Shown here: positions 22,067-35,636 of the stretch, piece by piece
How positions within the stretch are numbered: the stretch's first letter is position 1
Layout of the letters: each line of letters begins with the position of its first letter
Source: Haliotis cracherodii
Taxonomy: Eukaryota
Assembly (NCBI RefSeq): GCF_022045235.1
Contig: NW_027266319.1
Location: 42,532,001-42,596,000 of the forward strand
DNA: 64,000 nucleotides
Direction: 5' to 3'
The notes under the pieces: generated by a model
Seen by the model: only the letters and a program-made list of their open reading frames with translations
What the model was told of the DNA's origin: nothing
The model's database searches: none
Position numbers and translations under genes: made by a program

Positions 22067-25000
22067 AGTTTTTCTGTCTGTACTCATTTGTTGTTTCTGA
22101 AGCTCTCTTTTTTTTATGCACACAAACACTAATTTTCATACTGTCTACTTTGCACAGAAATCACAAAGCTGCTTCTGTTGTTACTTATATGAGCACACAG
22201 TGTTAAACTGAAGATACAGTAAACCACCACACACAGCTCTTGTTCACTAGTTTTCAGGAATTTGTAGCTTTTGTAGCCAAACGTACAGGCCAGTAGCATT
22301 TTTATCTTTTCCACGTTTTGAAATTACAGCAGATTCACAATAGCTTAACATTTAACAGTCCTTTTTACACATCATTTGTACATTTGGTCATTCATTACAT
22401 GGTACCACTACAACCAGACAAATATCATCCATGACTAATGTACTAAAGGAACTCATATCATGTAACATCTGGTTCGGTCAGCCAAAAGTAGGATATTAGC
22501 AGATTGCTAGTAACCACTTAGCATGTGTAATGTAATGAATCTCACCAAGTGTTATGAGGAATAATGCCCTATATTTTGACAAATATCGAACATGACTGGC
22601 ACATCCATTAGTGACCTGTTGAAACCATCAGTGGTCAAGCTGGCCAGCTCGATCACCAACAGGCCTGGTCAGGACAGTCTGATGGAACAGAAGTACTTGG
22701 TGCTTGGGAAGCACAGACTTAAAAATTACCTTGTTTGTGCATGTTGCATGGGGCTGATTATTTCATGTTTTAGGTGATGTTTGAAAAGCTTTTAATGCAT
22801 TGAAGTTTTTGCTTGTTTTTTTTCTTTCATTTTTCATTGTCTCATATTTATAGTAAAAGTTCAAACTTTTAGTCTTCATTGAGAAAAAGAAGGTATGGTA
22901 AATGCAATAATTCTTGTCCTAATACCTACTAGTTCTCTGTTGTCAGTTCTAGCATACTCAACATTCTGACATTCTGATTCTTTGTATACAGACATGTCCT
23001 GAATCACTGAAATATGAACATGGTGAAGTCATGGAGCATGTGACACTTTGTGGAGGATAGCATGGGTTGTAGCTGAACAGTTTGTGCAAACAGCCATATG
23101 TTTACTTCCAAAGATAGAACAGGTTTCTCATTAGATGCATCATTATGGTATCTACACATATACTACACCATCTTATATTCTACTTAATTTTATTGAGGTT
23201 AAGATATTAATTAGGGCATTTATTAAATAATAAATGACATGATTGTTCTAATCAGAATATGCATGGTTTCACTTGGTGTAGAAAACAACCCAAAGATCTT
23301 TTAATTTTTTTTTTTTTTTAAACAAGACTGAATATTTTGTTTATATGCACCTTTGTGTGATATTTTTATGAAACAATTATCTGAGTGCAGGTGTTCCTTT
23401 TTTTTGATCTTTCCAAAACTGATTTATCATTTGACCATTTTGTCAGAGTGAGTGATCATCTAGTTTTATGTAAATGTGCAAGATGAAAAACGGCCATCCT
23501 GGTGTTGTCAACAACATCTTGGCCTCCTCCCTATCTTGTTTTCCAGTCCATTAGTCAGTGCCGTGATAAGTAATTCTTCCACATAAGCTTTAACAGTTCC
23601 ATTACTTGGCCAACTACTCAATGTCCACAAGACAAGCCCCTATCTCAGTGGTAATTAACAGACTTAGCATTGTTTTAAGTGTATTATGGTGACTAAAGCA
23701 CATGGTCACATTTATGTACGACATTGAATTTTTACAATTACTGACAGTAATGGGAAGCATGGAAAGAGTAGAATTTGAGTACATTTTGGACAGTGTAATG
23801 GGCTCTAGGTGCAGTTCCTTTTTATATTTTGTATGATGAATAACAGATATATTTGAAGTATAGCTAGTTAAGGATTTTCTTTAATAGCTATCATTTTAAG
23901 TAGCCTGCCCCCTCAGAAAAAGGAGCCATAATGCCAGTTGGTTGTACAGTATTTCAAATGTGCATTTACACATATTAGGTTTTGTGTTCTGTTTCACTTT
24001 AAAACTGACTTTCACTTTGTGAGTTCATTGGAGTATGAACCTTCATAGAGTGAGGGCCAAACTGCATGAATGTGGTTTACAGGTCGAAGGATACACAACA
24101 ATTTAATTATGTATATATGTGACTTAATTATTACACTGACAATCATACAACAACCAGCAGTAACACGGAATATGATAGTTCCTCAGAAGGCAAGCAAGGT
24201 AGCATGTGCACTTATCTCACTTTATATATGAAGATACTAGTTTCTTATTGGTAAAGGAGCGGGCAATTATTTACCATGTAGCCAGCTCATGTACCCCTCT
24301 GAGAAATCAATCGAAATACCTGAAGTAGCTTACTTACATCACATAAGTATTGTTGAGCTGAAATGAACCAATGTTTATCCGAAAGCATTGGGTAAAGGGA
24401 AGTAAGTCTGTTCGTTTGCTTCGTCTGCTACCTGACAAAATAGCTGAATCAAAGCATTTTACTCAATGAAACTAAATTGGACATATATTTTGGGTGTGAT
24501 ATACCCTGTATGTGAGCCTATGTACACTTTGCCTGACAGTTTGGGATACATACTATAGGCTCACACACAGGGTACATTGCACCATATACCACCCCTCAAG
24601 ATCGGTTGACAATGTATAATATATGTTCAAATTGCACAACAGCAACATATTTTGTACTTTGGTTACAAGAAATAGATTAGATGAGAATGGTCTCTTATGA
24701 ACTACATGATTAAGTCAGTCACATTTATTATATTCAATCCAGGACGTCAAAATGTCCGACACGATAAACGTGATGAAAGAGATTTCTGAAGTTGTTAACA
24801 TAACTGTGATGTTGGTCATCATTGATCAATTTGCAGATCATTGAAAGGTTATTATGAAGATGTGTCAAATAGATCATGAGGTAAATTTATAGATTGTTGT
24901 AGACTGTCACTGTCAGTATAGGTATTGGTTGAGTCCATAGTATGGATGTGCATTCGTTTAATTCACTTATCCCAATGTATGCTAGAACGCGGAGTTCAAG

Positions 25001-28000
25001 ATTAAAGGTCTAAATGATCGGAATCCATGCTTCTGTATTTATTCATGCAAGGTTTCTCCAGGAATGTGGAAGCAGTCCATCATTTCACGACTACAGTCTC
25101 GTGAAAAATTATGAAGGTCAAAATGTGCCGTTCATACACTTTTGAACATCAGGTTCGTGTTTATGTGACTAACCTTTACTCCAATGGAAAAGCCATGTAT
25201 ATCATGTTAACATGACATTAAAAACTTATCACGCAACAATTTTTGTTGAACTTACTAATTACTCTGATCTGACACAACACATTTGCTCAATACAGTGTCA
25301 ATTGTCAAATCACCAAATCATGTGACCGCAGATGGTTGAACATCAAGACACGTCAGCCGTCCTCTGATTGGCTCATCTCACAGTTATGACTTGTATCGTA
25401 TTGTGTGCTGCTACACTGTAACAATGGTTCTTTCTCTAACTCTGACCACCTCCCCACCCACTAGCAACTGCCTAACCAGCCCCTCCTGGATACCCCAGTG
25501 TCCACAAGGAGTGAAGGCACTGACTCATTTTAACACTGTGAAATGTCTTCAGTCTTCACTTCATTCCAGATACTGATACCAGTGATACCGGTGCTGCAGC
25601 TTCTCTGTTACAATACGATCCTGAGTTTCTGCAATATTTACTGATGTCATAACCAATTGAGTGGACATTTATGACATTCTGTTTTGTTTCTTTTCTGCCA
25701 CTTATATAGATGTTTTGTAACACTGATCCAGGACGAGGTGTTTCTTTATGAATGCTAAGTTACAAATGTGTTTGATGTACTCCCTTATTTAGTACATGAC
25801 TCTGTAAGTCAATACCAAGGAAGATTGGGGAGTGTCATGTGTTTGCATTGTTTATTCCTGAAAAAGTTTCTTTGCTAGGTGAACATATTCCCAAGTATTG
25901 ATCACAGACAAAGTATACCAGGTTGTATATAGTTTGGCTAACCAGCGACGGATGTATTAACTTTTGAAAGACTTCTTATAAAGACATTAGCAAGAGCTGG
26001 ATGTCCTATCAAGGGTGTCAACAAGTGTCAGTGAAAGCTCATTTATTCTATATGTCAAATGGTTTTTGTTTTCATCCGACCGCATGGATAAGTTGATTTA
26101 TCATATAATGGGTGGGTATCTTGGCAGGACAAAGCCAACGGATAAAAATAATATCCGTTTGGGTCATATGCAGATAGAGATGCAAATATCAAAGGTCATG
26201 TAGGCACTACTTTCACTGTTTATAAACAAACATGGCGTCACCCGTGTCATTCGGTGATCGAGACAGAATTAACCATCGGGAATATGGAGAAACTACTGGG
26301 ATAATTGCTATCATTATGAAAAGTATAGTCTAATATACTGAAAACCAGTATCTAACTGTGACGTAGCTAAGGCATTTTACAAGTTTTAGCATCTTTGGAT
26401 ATGTAAATTGCGAAACAATTTAGCGGGGACACTAGCCAAGCGGGATCACTTTCCATATCTGTGCTTGTAGACCTATGCGGCTTGGAACCTTTTCCACAAA
26501 TTAAAACAGCTGGAGTTGGCTGAAATATGTTTGAATTGTTACCTTGTTTCGATTTGTCGCTGTGTGTACATCTGACTGCACACCGTAATGTTATGACAAG
26601 ACAAGCCGACTGTCAACAACGTCTGACTGTGGCCGTGACATATCATAGACTAGGGTTAGAGTAGCTTCCCTTTGATAAAGAGCAGTTACTCTATCGAACA
26701 GACCAATGGATTGGCAAGAAAAAACTTTGTGTAGTCAATTGTTGTTTTGCATATATCTAGTTACGCCACTGTATAAGAAACAGGTTTCTGTTGGAACTAT
26801 ATTGGCTACTGTCACTGTGCGACTGACGTGTCACTTACCCTCTGATGTAATATATATTAATGCACACATTCAAGGAAAAATTACAATGTTTAGGTAATGT
26901 TTGTAAGAGATGGAAAGAGATTTTCGAGCACAGAATTGAAGAATGCCATTATATAATAAAGAGGTTATCAACCGGTTTTCTATGAACACTAATAATCAAC
27001 CGAGTTTGTTCATAGTACTAGTAGGTTAGCGACAGACAACCAGGGTGACAACCAGCTGCCAACAGGGAAACTGGTCACTGGAGATGTGCAGTTCACCTGA
27101 TCAGTGGGAATAATTATCATGACAATTACATCTTATGCTCTCCAATTTTCCAGAATATGTAAGTGCTCCTGATACACATTGTCACATACACAGTGTTTGG
27201 GTAGAACCATCATTGAAAAGGGGAAGTCACTTCGCTGGTGTATATACAGTAACTCTCTCAAACAACTCGCAATAACAAGCATGAATTATTGATCAGTTAA
27301 TCAAAGTTTTTCACTTCCTGTTTCCCGTAATAGAGAGCAGTCTACAGCTCCTGCCTCGGAGTGAGGAATACATCCTTCCGGGACAGCCCATCAGCTGGGC
27401 ACATCTCCAGCAATCAATGCCCATCTGATTGACAACTGTAGTTGTCCGTGTAGTTATGACAAGCTGCTGTCCCACTGTTACCATGGCCAGCATACTGAAA
27501 TTCCTCAACATGTCAGAAACTGTTACTGTGGGTTAAAAAGTGATCATGCTGCCATAGTCTGTCAATTGGCCTGTGTTGTTTGTGGTTGTGTGGTTTGCAT
27601 TAAAATACATGCTGTCAAGTGATGTGGCAGTCAACTAAAGGTGTTTCTTCATTCATATTTTTATTTTGTGGTGTTCTTTTTCCATTTAAAAAATGTTGAG
27701 TTGGTTACATCACATAAAGTTTACCAGCTGAGTTAAAGGTGACCCTGGACAATGTAAACATGCAGCATGCTGGAATGATGGTATGACTCACCTTGCCTAG
27801 CACCCCAGGTTGCAGGGAGGAGAAAGGGACAGAGGGGGACAGTCCATTTCTTGTGTGTATCAGCTGATGCCCTGTTCCTTCCTCCCTCCCTTCTCTCTCC
27901 GCCTCCTCCTTTCTCTGCTTCCCATACAGCATACTGCTGTATGTAGTGAAGATCCTGGTTTGACTGGCTATCGCAGGACTGCCTATACTCTGTTTCCCAT

Positions 28001-28484
28001 TTCCAGCTGGAGGAATCTCTCTGGCACTCATTGCCTCACTGCCAAGAAATACCTTGCTGCACCATTTCTCCCATCTACTCACCAAACCTGCTCAACCATC
28101 TTGCACTTCCTGTTATTGATCAGAGCTTAAATGTAGTTCACTGCAGTTTAGGGTTTTAATCTGGATTGATTTGGGGAGATTATCCTATTTTTTGTCCTCG
28201 GCATAGTGACTGAAGTGTTTATACCATGTTGGTCCTTTCAGGTCATGTTTATGAGCTCGTATGTGTACTGAAGGTGTAGCTTTTCCAACATGATTCTTGG
28301 CAAATCCAATTTTGGAGGTTCAGGTCAATCATTTTCAGTTTGTCTTGTGGTAACTACTTTCCAATGTTTTAGTCCTGGTACATCCACATCCCTACTCTCC
28401 TTGCTGTACTCTCACCCTACTTGTGGGAATGTTGGCATGTTCTATCTGGAAAACACCAGAGTCATGATGAATGGAATCTTTAGA

Positions 28485-28723
28485 TTGTTTGTTTGTTTGT
28501 TGTTTAACACAGCACTCGGCAATATTACAGCTATATAACGGCGGTGAATAATCAAATCTGATCCAGTGATTGAAATAATGAGCATTGAGCTAGGCAATTG
28601 GGATACAATGACATGCATCAAACGAGTCACTGAGCTGACCACCCAATCCCGTTACAACAAGCATAGTCACCTCTTACGGCAAGCATGGGTTACTGAAGAC
28701 TATTCTAGCCCAGATCTTCACGG
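28485..28723 (-). mobile_element. SINE family D with Nin/Deu-like core
   Basis: Reverse complement ccgtgaagatctgggctagaatagtcttcagtaacccatgcttgccgtaagaggtgact resembles the Deu/Nin core GCTTGTCGTAAGAGGCGACT; (aaac)n tail; related copies at ~50222-50313, 57335-57510 and 63561-63764. Confidence 0.8.
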
Positions 28724-30557
28724 ACCAGAATCTTAAATGATATCATGAAGGTGTCTTTGATCTTTGCGTTTTATTCGAATTAAGGTGAAAAGTTTGTAAT
28801 GGCTTTCTATGATAGAAATGCAGGGTTGGAAATTATTTTTTTATTTTCACTTGCCTGCATGAACATCCGTTACAGAGTTGCCTTCTAACTTATGGTATCA
28901 GTGGTGGTCCACAACAAAATGTCACTAGTCTTTCCTGAATTTTACTAGGCTCAGACTTGTGAACATATGTAATGATAAATTATGATTTATGATCACTCAG
29001 TTTCCCTGTCATTCAATATTTATAATAATTAAGTTAAGTAAATTAGTCCTTTTATAGTAGATTATAAGGACTGTCTTTATTTCACTCGAGTTTTAGTTGA
29101 ACTGACAAGAGAAATAAGTTCAATTTCATTGATGATATTTACTTGATTTAATTAGTGATATTCACTGAATTTTTTTTAATGCTATTCACTCAATTATGGC
29201 ATATAAGTTTGACGTTTAGAAATTGTCTGCATGTCATTTTGGCTCATGTTCAGCTCAACGTACAGCTTATTTTTAAAGGATGCAGTGGTCATAACTTAGT
29301 CTTTGGAAGATGTAAGTATTGTATCAAGAAAAGGTGCACAAACAGTATCCACTGTACTTACTGTAGGTATTTAAATGAAACCCCCCCATCTCTCCACAGT
29401 CCCCATGCTTGTATCAACAGTGACATGGTCAAGCTATCGTTACATGGCGGCGTAGCAGGAGTAAACAAACTCTCTTCAGGCCATACATAATAGATAATGC
29501 ATTAGAACATTGTGGCATCACAGTACAATGACGCAACAAACCATACTAAGGGAACAAGGGAGATTCAACTTAATGGAAAACAGTCTGATAAACTTGTTTT
29601 ATTTATTTTCTAACAGCTTGTCATAATAGTAATTGTTGTAATAATTGTCAGAACGTAAAGCTTGTACATTAGAAAAATTGTAAATTTCACATTTCCAAAT
29701 TTGGCCAAATGCTTACTTAAAGGTACAGTGGGGCTATTGGTCAGATATATTTGTGATCTGTGCAAATTTATGTGTAATTTTAGCTTAAGTTAAATGTCTC
29801 CAAAAAGTATTCTTTACAACCGGAGCATATAATAACATATGCAATGTTTCTTTTGTTGCAATTAAGATTTTCTCTGTCAAAGAAATTAGTATCATTTGCT
29901 ATCTGTATTTAGATTTTAGATGTCAGGCAGCATGAATTGCCACATTTAGATACTCTAGGAACACACTCAGTCAAATTTCGTTGGTTGTCTCAAATGTTTA
30001 GATTGTTTATAACTGCTTATCATCTGACTTTTAGATGGCACTTTTCCCATTTTTGTGCTTTGAGTTACAATGGTTAAGTTACTTTGCGTGATAGACATAG
30101 CACTTTGATGATTAGGATTAAAGGTCGGCCCTAATGTTAAAACATTTTTGTAATCCTTTGGGGTTAGTTTTGGAGCTCTTATGTGACTTATGATCTAACA
30201 TTGCGAGTTTGTGTGTGTATTTGATTGAGTATTTGAATATGAATAGATGTTACTGAACTGATCCTTTGAGCCAGGTGAGCTACAGAAGTGGAGGAGATGA
30301 GCTGTCTGGGACGTGTTGCAGTAGGCTTTACAACCAGCTTTACACTGTACTTTATTGTGCTGAAGATTAATGTTACACAGATAAGAGCAGTCTCCTATCC
30401 TGCATGAATTGCTTTCTTCACTGAAGGAAATGTTTTACCACTCATGAACACTGCATATTTTATCCATACCCAATCTGATATATGTCGAGGGATACTGGAT
30501 CCCAGTACAGGTGATTAGCAACATTGGACTTCATTGTTATTGAAGAAAAGCTAGACT

Positions 30558-30863
30558 CCCTCCGTGGTTTGTGGTATAGCGTCCGCCCGGAGATGAAGAT
30601 TCGTGTTTCGATCGCCAGCCACGTCATACCCAAAGACACTTAAAAAGATGGTACTTGTTGGCGCTCGGCTAACACAAGAACTGGTCGGCTTGGAGTCAGT
30701 ATACTATTTCTAAGTGGGGTATTCCTGTTAAACTGTGGCATATGGTTTCACAGTGGGCTAGCACTATTAAATTGGCATTAGTCTGGGCAAGTACACACGT
30801 GCATGCACGTCGCAGTGCAATAATCTTAAACACAATGTTAAACCCCATTCACCTTACCTCACC
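30558..30863 (+). mobile_element. SINE family B (tRNA head + Meta-like core)
   Basis: Degenerate A/B boxes, then gtcatacccaaagacacttaaaaagatggtac (MetaSINE-type core) and (acctc)n tail. Confidence 0.85.
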
Positions 30864-32236
30864 ATAAGAACACTTTGACCCCAAAAGGCAACTTCCCATG
30901 TTGAGTGATTACATGAAATTAAGCTTTGTTAAGGTAAAGACCACTTCAAAAGAACCTTTGTTTAGGTACCGCAAACTGTCAAGCTTTTTGCTCAGGTTGT
31001 TAGCCTATGATATCATCAGCTGCATATGTTGTCCAATTGTTGATAGTTTGGGATTCCATTGCCTGTAAATATGAGCCAACATTGCTTCCATCAAATGAAG
31101 TTCAAGAGATATCATGTCATAGCAGGTTGCCTGTTGTCTGTCAGTCGTAATCTTTCACATTTTCAACATCTATGTAACCGTAAAGCTTTTTGTATAGCGT
31201 CTCTAAATATTGCTTTCTGAATTCTTATCTGATTTTGAATTTAGACAATCTGGCAGCCATGTTGAATATAACCTTTTTGCCCATTACTGAACCATTTGTG
31301 TATGTAGTGTTGTGAACTGTGATATGCATTGAGTTTGGGGTATGCTTCAGAACATGGTACTTTTTCTTTGTTTTTATGTTGGCACAATGTTCATCTTTGA
31401 CCTTTCACCATTGTTGTTGCTGTGTTGAAATGTTGTCAAAGTGCATATTCCTCTACTCTACAATCACTGAATTATCAATGTGTAATTTAATGTAGTTAGG
31501 ACGTCTGTATATAAAGGTCAGTTTATTTTTTTCTGCTTTTAGTTTACCAAGACCATGTGTTGTGACCTTTTGCGTGTAATGTTGCCAATATTCTGTAAAA
31601 AATTATGTGATCAAGCTCACATGACCTCATGGCTATGTTGTTGTTGAAAATACAGCTTGCTTCCAACCATGTTATGATACTTGTACACATAGAATGAATG
31701 CTTTTTTTTGTTTCATACAAGATAAAAACATGCACAAATAGACAGCGATACCACTACAACTACCATGGGACCCAATTTGCCATCTTTTTCAAGGAGAAAC
31801 AAATTTAATTATTTTATGTTTTGTTCTATAATTGTTTCAGGCAGACAAAAAGCTTGATGTTGTTTGGGTCTGAGAAATGTTTGTAGACGGTTGTGTGTGC
31901 ACTATTGTCGCCATGTAAACTGGTAGCCACCCTCCTGCCAACTATAGACTGTTGTATTTGGATGCCCTGTATGCACCGAGGATTCTGTATGTAGGCTTGT
32001 GAATGGCTTGCCTTGTGGATGGATATGATTACCTTTGAGAAAATATGACAACTGATCAACAGGCAGCAACTTGCATGGCCATAGCAGAAAAGCCAAACTG
32101 GCCATTGTTTTGTAAAGCTGTCAGTCAGTGATCCTCATGAGACCTTGCTTCAGTGATTTCATTGTGTTGATGTCATTGGTCTATTTACACTCCAAGATTC
32201 TAACTGCTGATATACATATTGAAAAGCTGATATTTT

Positions 32237-32299
32237 AGGTGAGGTGAGGTGAAATTTGGTCCAAGATTATTCCACTTATATGGTGATGTGCACATGCAT

Positions 32300-32330
<31 letters not shown>

Positions 32331-32595
32331 GGGGGGGTGCTGCTTGTACTAGTCCAGACTAATGCCAATTTATAGTGCTAGCTCACTGAGATATCATGCC
32401 GCTGTTTAACATGAATACCCCACTCAGACACAGTATACTGAGTCCAAGCCGACCTATCCTTGTTTTAGCCCCATTATGTAGAGCGCCAGACAGGGTAACA
32501 ACAAGTACCATCTTTAAACGTCTTTTGGTATGACACAGCCGGGGATCAAACCTTGGATATTCCACTCTCTGATAAGTCCCACCCCAACAAACCAA
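32237..32595 (-). mobile_element. SINE family B copy with internal poly-G/(GT)n expansion
   Basis: Reverse complement has gtcataccaaaagacgtttaaagatggtac core and (cacct)n tail. Confidence 0.85.
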
Positions 32596-32698
32596 ATGAT
32601 ATTGCTACGAGATTTTTTGTTAACTGTGACCAATTAGGGTGTTGTCAAATATGGTAGCCATTCTGTATTCTGGTACCTCAAGAACCCACAGTGTAGGT

Positions 32699-32740
32699 GC
32701 CCTGCCCTGCCCTGCCCTGCCCTGCCCTGCCCTGCCCTGC
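32699..32740. repeat. (GCCCT)n pentanucleotide microsatellite
   Basis: About 8 perfect copies. Confidence 0.95.
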
Positions 32741-33221
32741 TCCACCCTAAAAACTGTTGTGTGGATTAGGCTAAGCAGAGTAACAGTAGCAGCAACAACA
32801 GATGTGCAAGTAAAGCAGCCAAAAAACACATGTGTGATGTTGACAGAATCAACACTGTTATCCACTCCCATCTCTCATTCAACTCACTTCGAAACGAATT
32901 GTTTGAAAATCGTGTGCCAGCAAATAGCATTCAAGGCAATAGGGATGTATCTTTCTTCTATTTGTTGTTGATATGTTGTGAGTGTGGCCTATTCCTGATG
33001 TAGGATGGTCCACATAGCTAGCAATGAGAGCCTCGACCGGCCCACAACCTTGTCTATGTGAGCCACAGACAGACGACATGTACTCTTCAGACCCGACAGG
33101 GACGCACTTGCAGGCGATGACACACAGTTAACAAAACATGAAATATTTGTTCAATGTGTGTTTATGGCATGTGAAACATGTTGTTTATATGACAGCCAGA
33201 CAAGGCCCTGGTGGCATATAC

Positions 33222-33990
33222 TGACACACTAAGTACTTCACTACATGTGTATGACACACTAAGTACTTCACTACATGTGTATGGCACACTAAATACTTCA
33301 CTACATGTGTATGACACACTAAGTACTTCACTACATGTGTATGACACACTAAGTACTTCACTACATGTGTATGACACACTAAGTACTTCACTACATGTGT
33401 ATGACACACTAAGTACTTCACTACATGTGTATGACACACTAAGTACTTCACTACATGTGTATGACACACTAAATACTTCACTACATGTGTATGACACACT
33501 AAATACTTCACTACATGTGTATGACACACTAAGTACTTCACTACATGTGTATGACACACTTAATACTTCACTACATGTGTATGACACACTTAATACTTCA
33601 CTACATGTGTATGACACTCTAAGTACTTCACTACATGTGTATGACACACTAAGTACTTCACCACATGTGTATGACACACTAAGTACTTCACTACATGTGT
33701 ATGACACACTAAGTACCTCACTACATGTGTATGACACACTAAGTACTTCACTACATGTGTATGACACACTAAGTACTTCACTACATGTGTATGACACACT
33801 AAGTACTTCACTACATGTGTATGACACACTAAGTACCTCACTACATGTGTATGACACACTAAGCACTTCACTACATGTGTATGACACACTAAGTACTTCA
33901 CTACATGTGTATGACACACTAAGTACCTCACTACATGTGTATGACACACTAGGTACCTAATTACATATATATGACAAACTAGGTACCTCA
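33222..33990. repeat. 30-bp minisatellite (tgacacactaagtacttcactacatgtgta), ~25 copies
   Basis: Exact 30-bp period; source of the SVSYTCSEVL-type ORFs. Confidence 0.97.
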
Positions 33991-34002
33991 TTACATATAT
34001 AT

Positions 34003-35188
34003 GTCATGTACAGATAGTCAGCCTACTATAACAGTACAGTAATATCTCTATCACGACCACTGTGTCATGTACAGATAGTCAGCCTACTATAACAGTACAG
34101 CAATATCTCTATCACGACCACTGTGTCATGTACAGATAGTCAGCCTACTATAACAGTACAGCAATATCTCTCTCACGACCACTGTGTCATGTACAGATAG
34201 TCAGCCTACTATAACGGTACAGTAATATCTCTATCACGACCACTGTGTCATGTACAGATAGTCAGCCTACTATAACAATACAGTACTATCTCTCTCACGA
34301 CCACTGTGTCATGTACAGATAGTCAGCCTACTATAACAGTACAGTAATATCTCTATCACGACCACTGTGTCATGTACAGATAGTCAGCCTACTATAACAA
34401 TACAGTACTATCTCTCTCACGACCACTGTGTCATGTACAGATAGTCAGCCTACTATAACAGTACAGTAATATCTCTATCACGACCACTGTGTCATGTACA
34501 GATAGTCAGCCTACTATCACGGTACAGTAATATCTCTCTCACGACCACTGTGTCATGTACAGATAGTGAGCCTACTATAACGGTACAGTACTATCTCTCT
34601 CACACCCCTGTGTCATGTACAGATAGTCAGCCTACTATCACGGTACAGTAATATCTCTATCACGACCACTGTGTCATGTACAGATAGTCTGCCTACTATA
34701 ACAATACAGTACTATCTCTCTCACGACCACTGTGTCATGTACAGATAGTCAGCCTACTATAACAGTACAGTAATATCTCTATCACGACCACTGTGTCATG
34801 TACAGATAGTCAGCCTACTATAACAATACAGTACTATCTCTCTCACGACCACTGTGTCATGTACAGATAGTCAGCCTACTATAACAGTACAGTAATATCT
34901 CTATCACGACCACTGTGTCATGTACAGATAGTCAGCCTACTATCACGGTACAGTAATATCTCTCTCACGACCACTGTGTCATGTACAGATAGTGAGCCTA
35001 CTATAACGGTACAGTACTATCTCTCTCACACCCCTGTGTCATGTACAGATAGTCAGCCTACTATCACGGTACAGTAATATCTCTCTCACGACCACTGTGT
35101 CATGTGCAGATAGTCAGCCTACTATAACAATACAGTAATATCTCTCTCACGACCACTGTGTCATGTACAGATAGTCAGCCTACTATAA
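34003..35188. repeat. 61-bp minisatellite, ~19 copies, directly abutting the 30-bp array
   Basis: Unit gtcatgtacagatagtcagcctactataacagtacagtaatatctctatcacgaccactgt. Confidence 0.97.
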
Positions 35189-35636
35189 TGAGTTAGTTCG
35201 GTAATGGCCAATATGGTACTTCTTGTTATTGCTGATACAATAAGGAATTGATCATGGTCACTCTGATGGTATTGTCTGGATTAACAGACACTCATGCAGT
35301 CAAACTGCATGATGTGTCATTCTTAAAACATTAACCACTTAATGAAAGGTGAGCTGCAGTACTTGGGCCCTGTATTGTGAAATAGTTTGAATACTTCATA
35401 TACATATGTTTTCCTGAGCCTGGAGAAACTATTTCAAATATTGATAGAATGTATTGCCGCAAAGACTAGATTGTGCTGTAAAGTAGGAAGATATGTATTA
35501 TAAAAACATGTCTTGAGCTTGGACAGTGCTCCTTGATAAGCCTACAGAATTCATGCTGGCCTGCAGCTCGAAAGGACCCAATATAAATCCAATGATTGCA
35601 GTTGTCATTTACTAAGTACATTTCAGAATTAGATTT

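Noticed and set aside
24138-24198. Ser-rich peptide DNHTTTSSNTEYDSSSE with a GC-type donor
   Set aside because: No in-frame ATG after the upstream stop and no phase-1 acceptor in that frame.
33162-33991. Decapeptide-repeat ORFs on both strands
   Set aside because: A 30-bp unit lacking stops in some frames; pure minisatellite.
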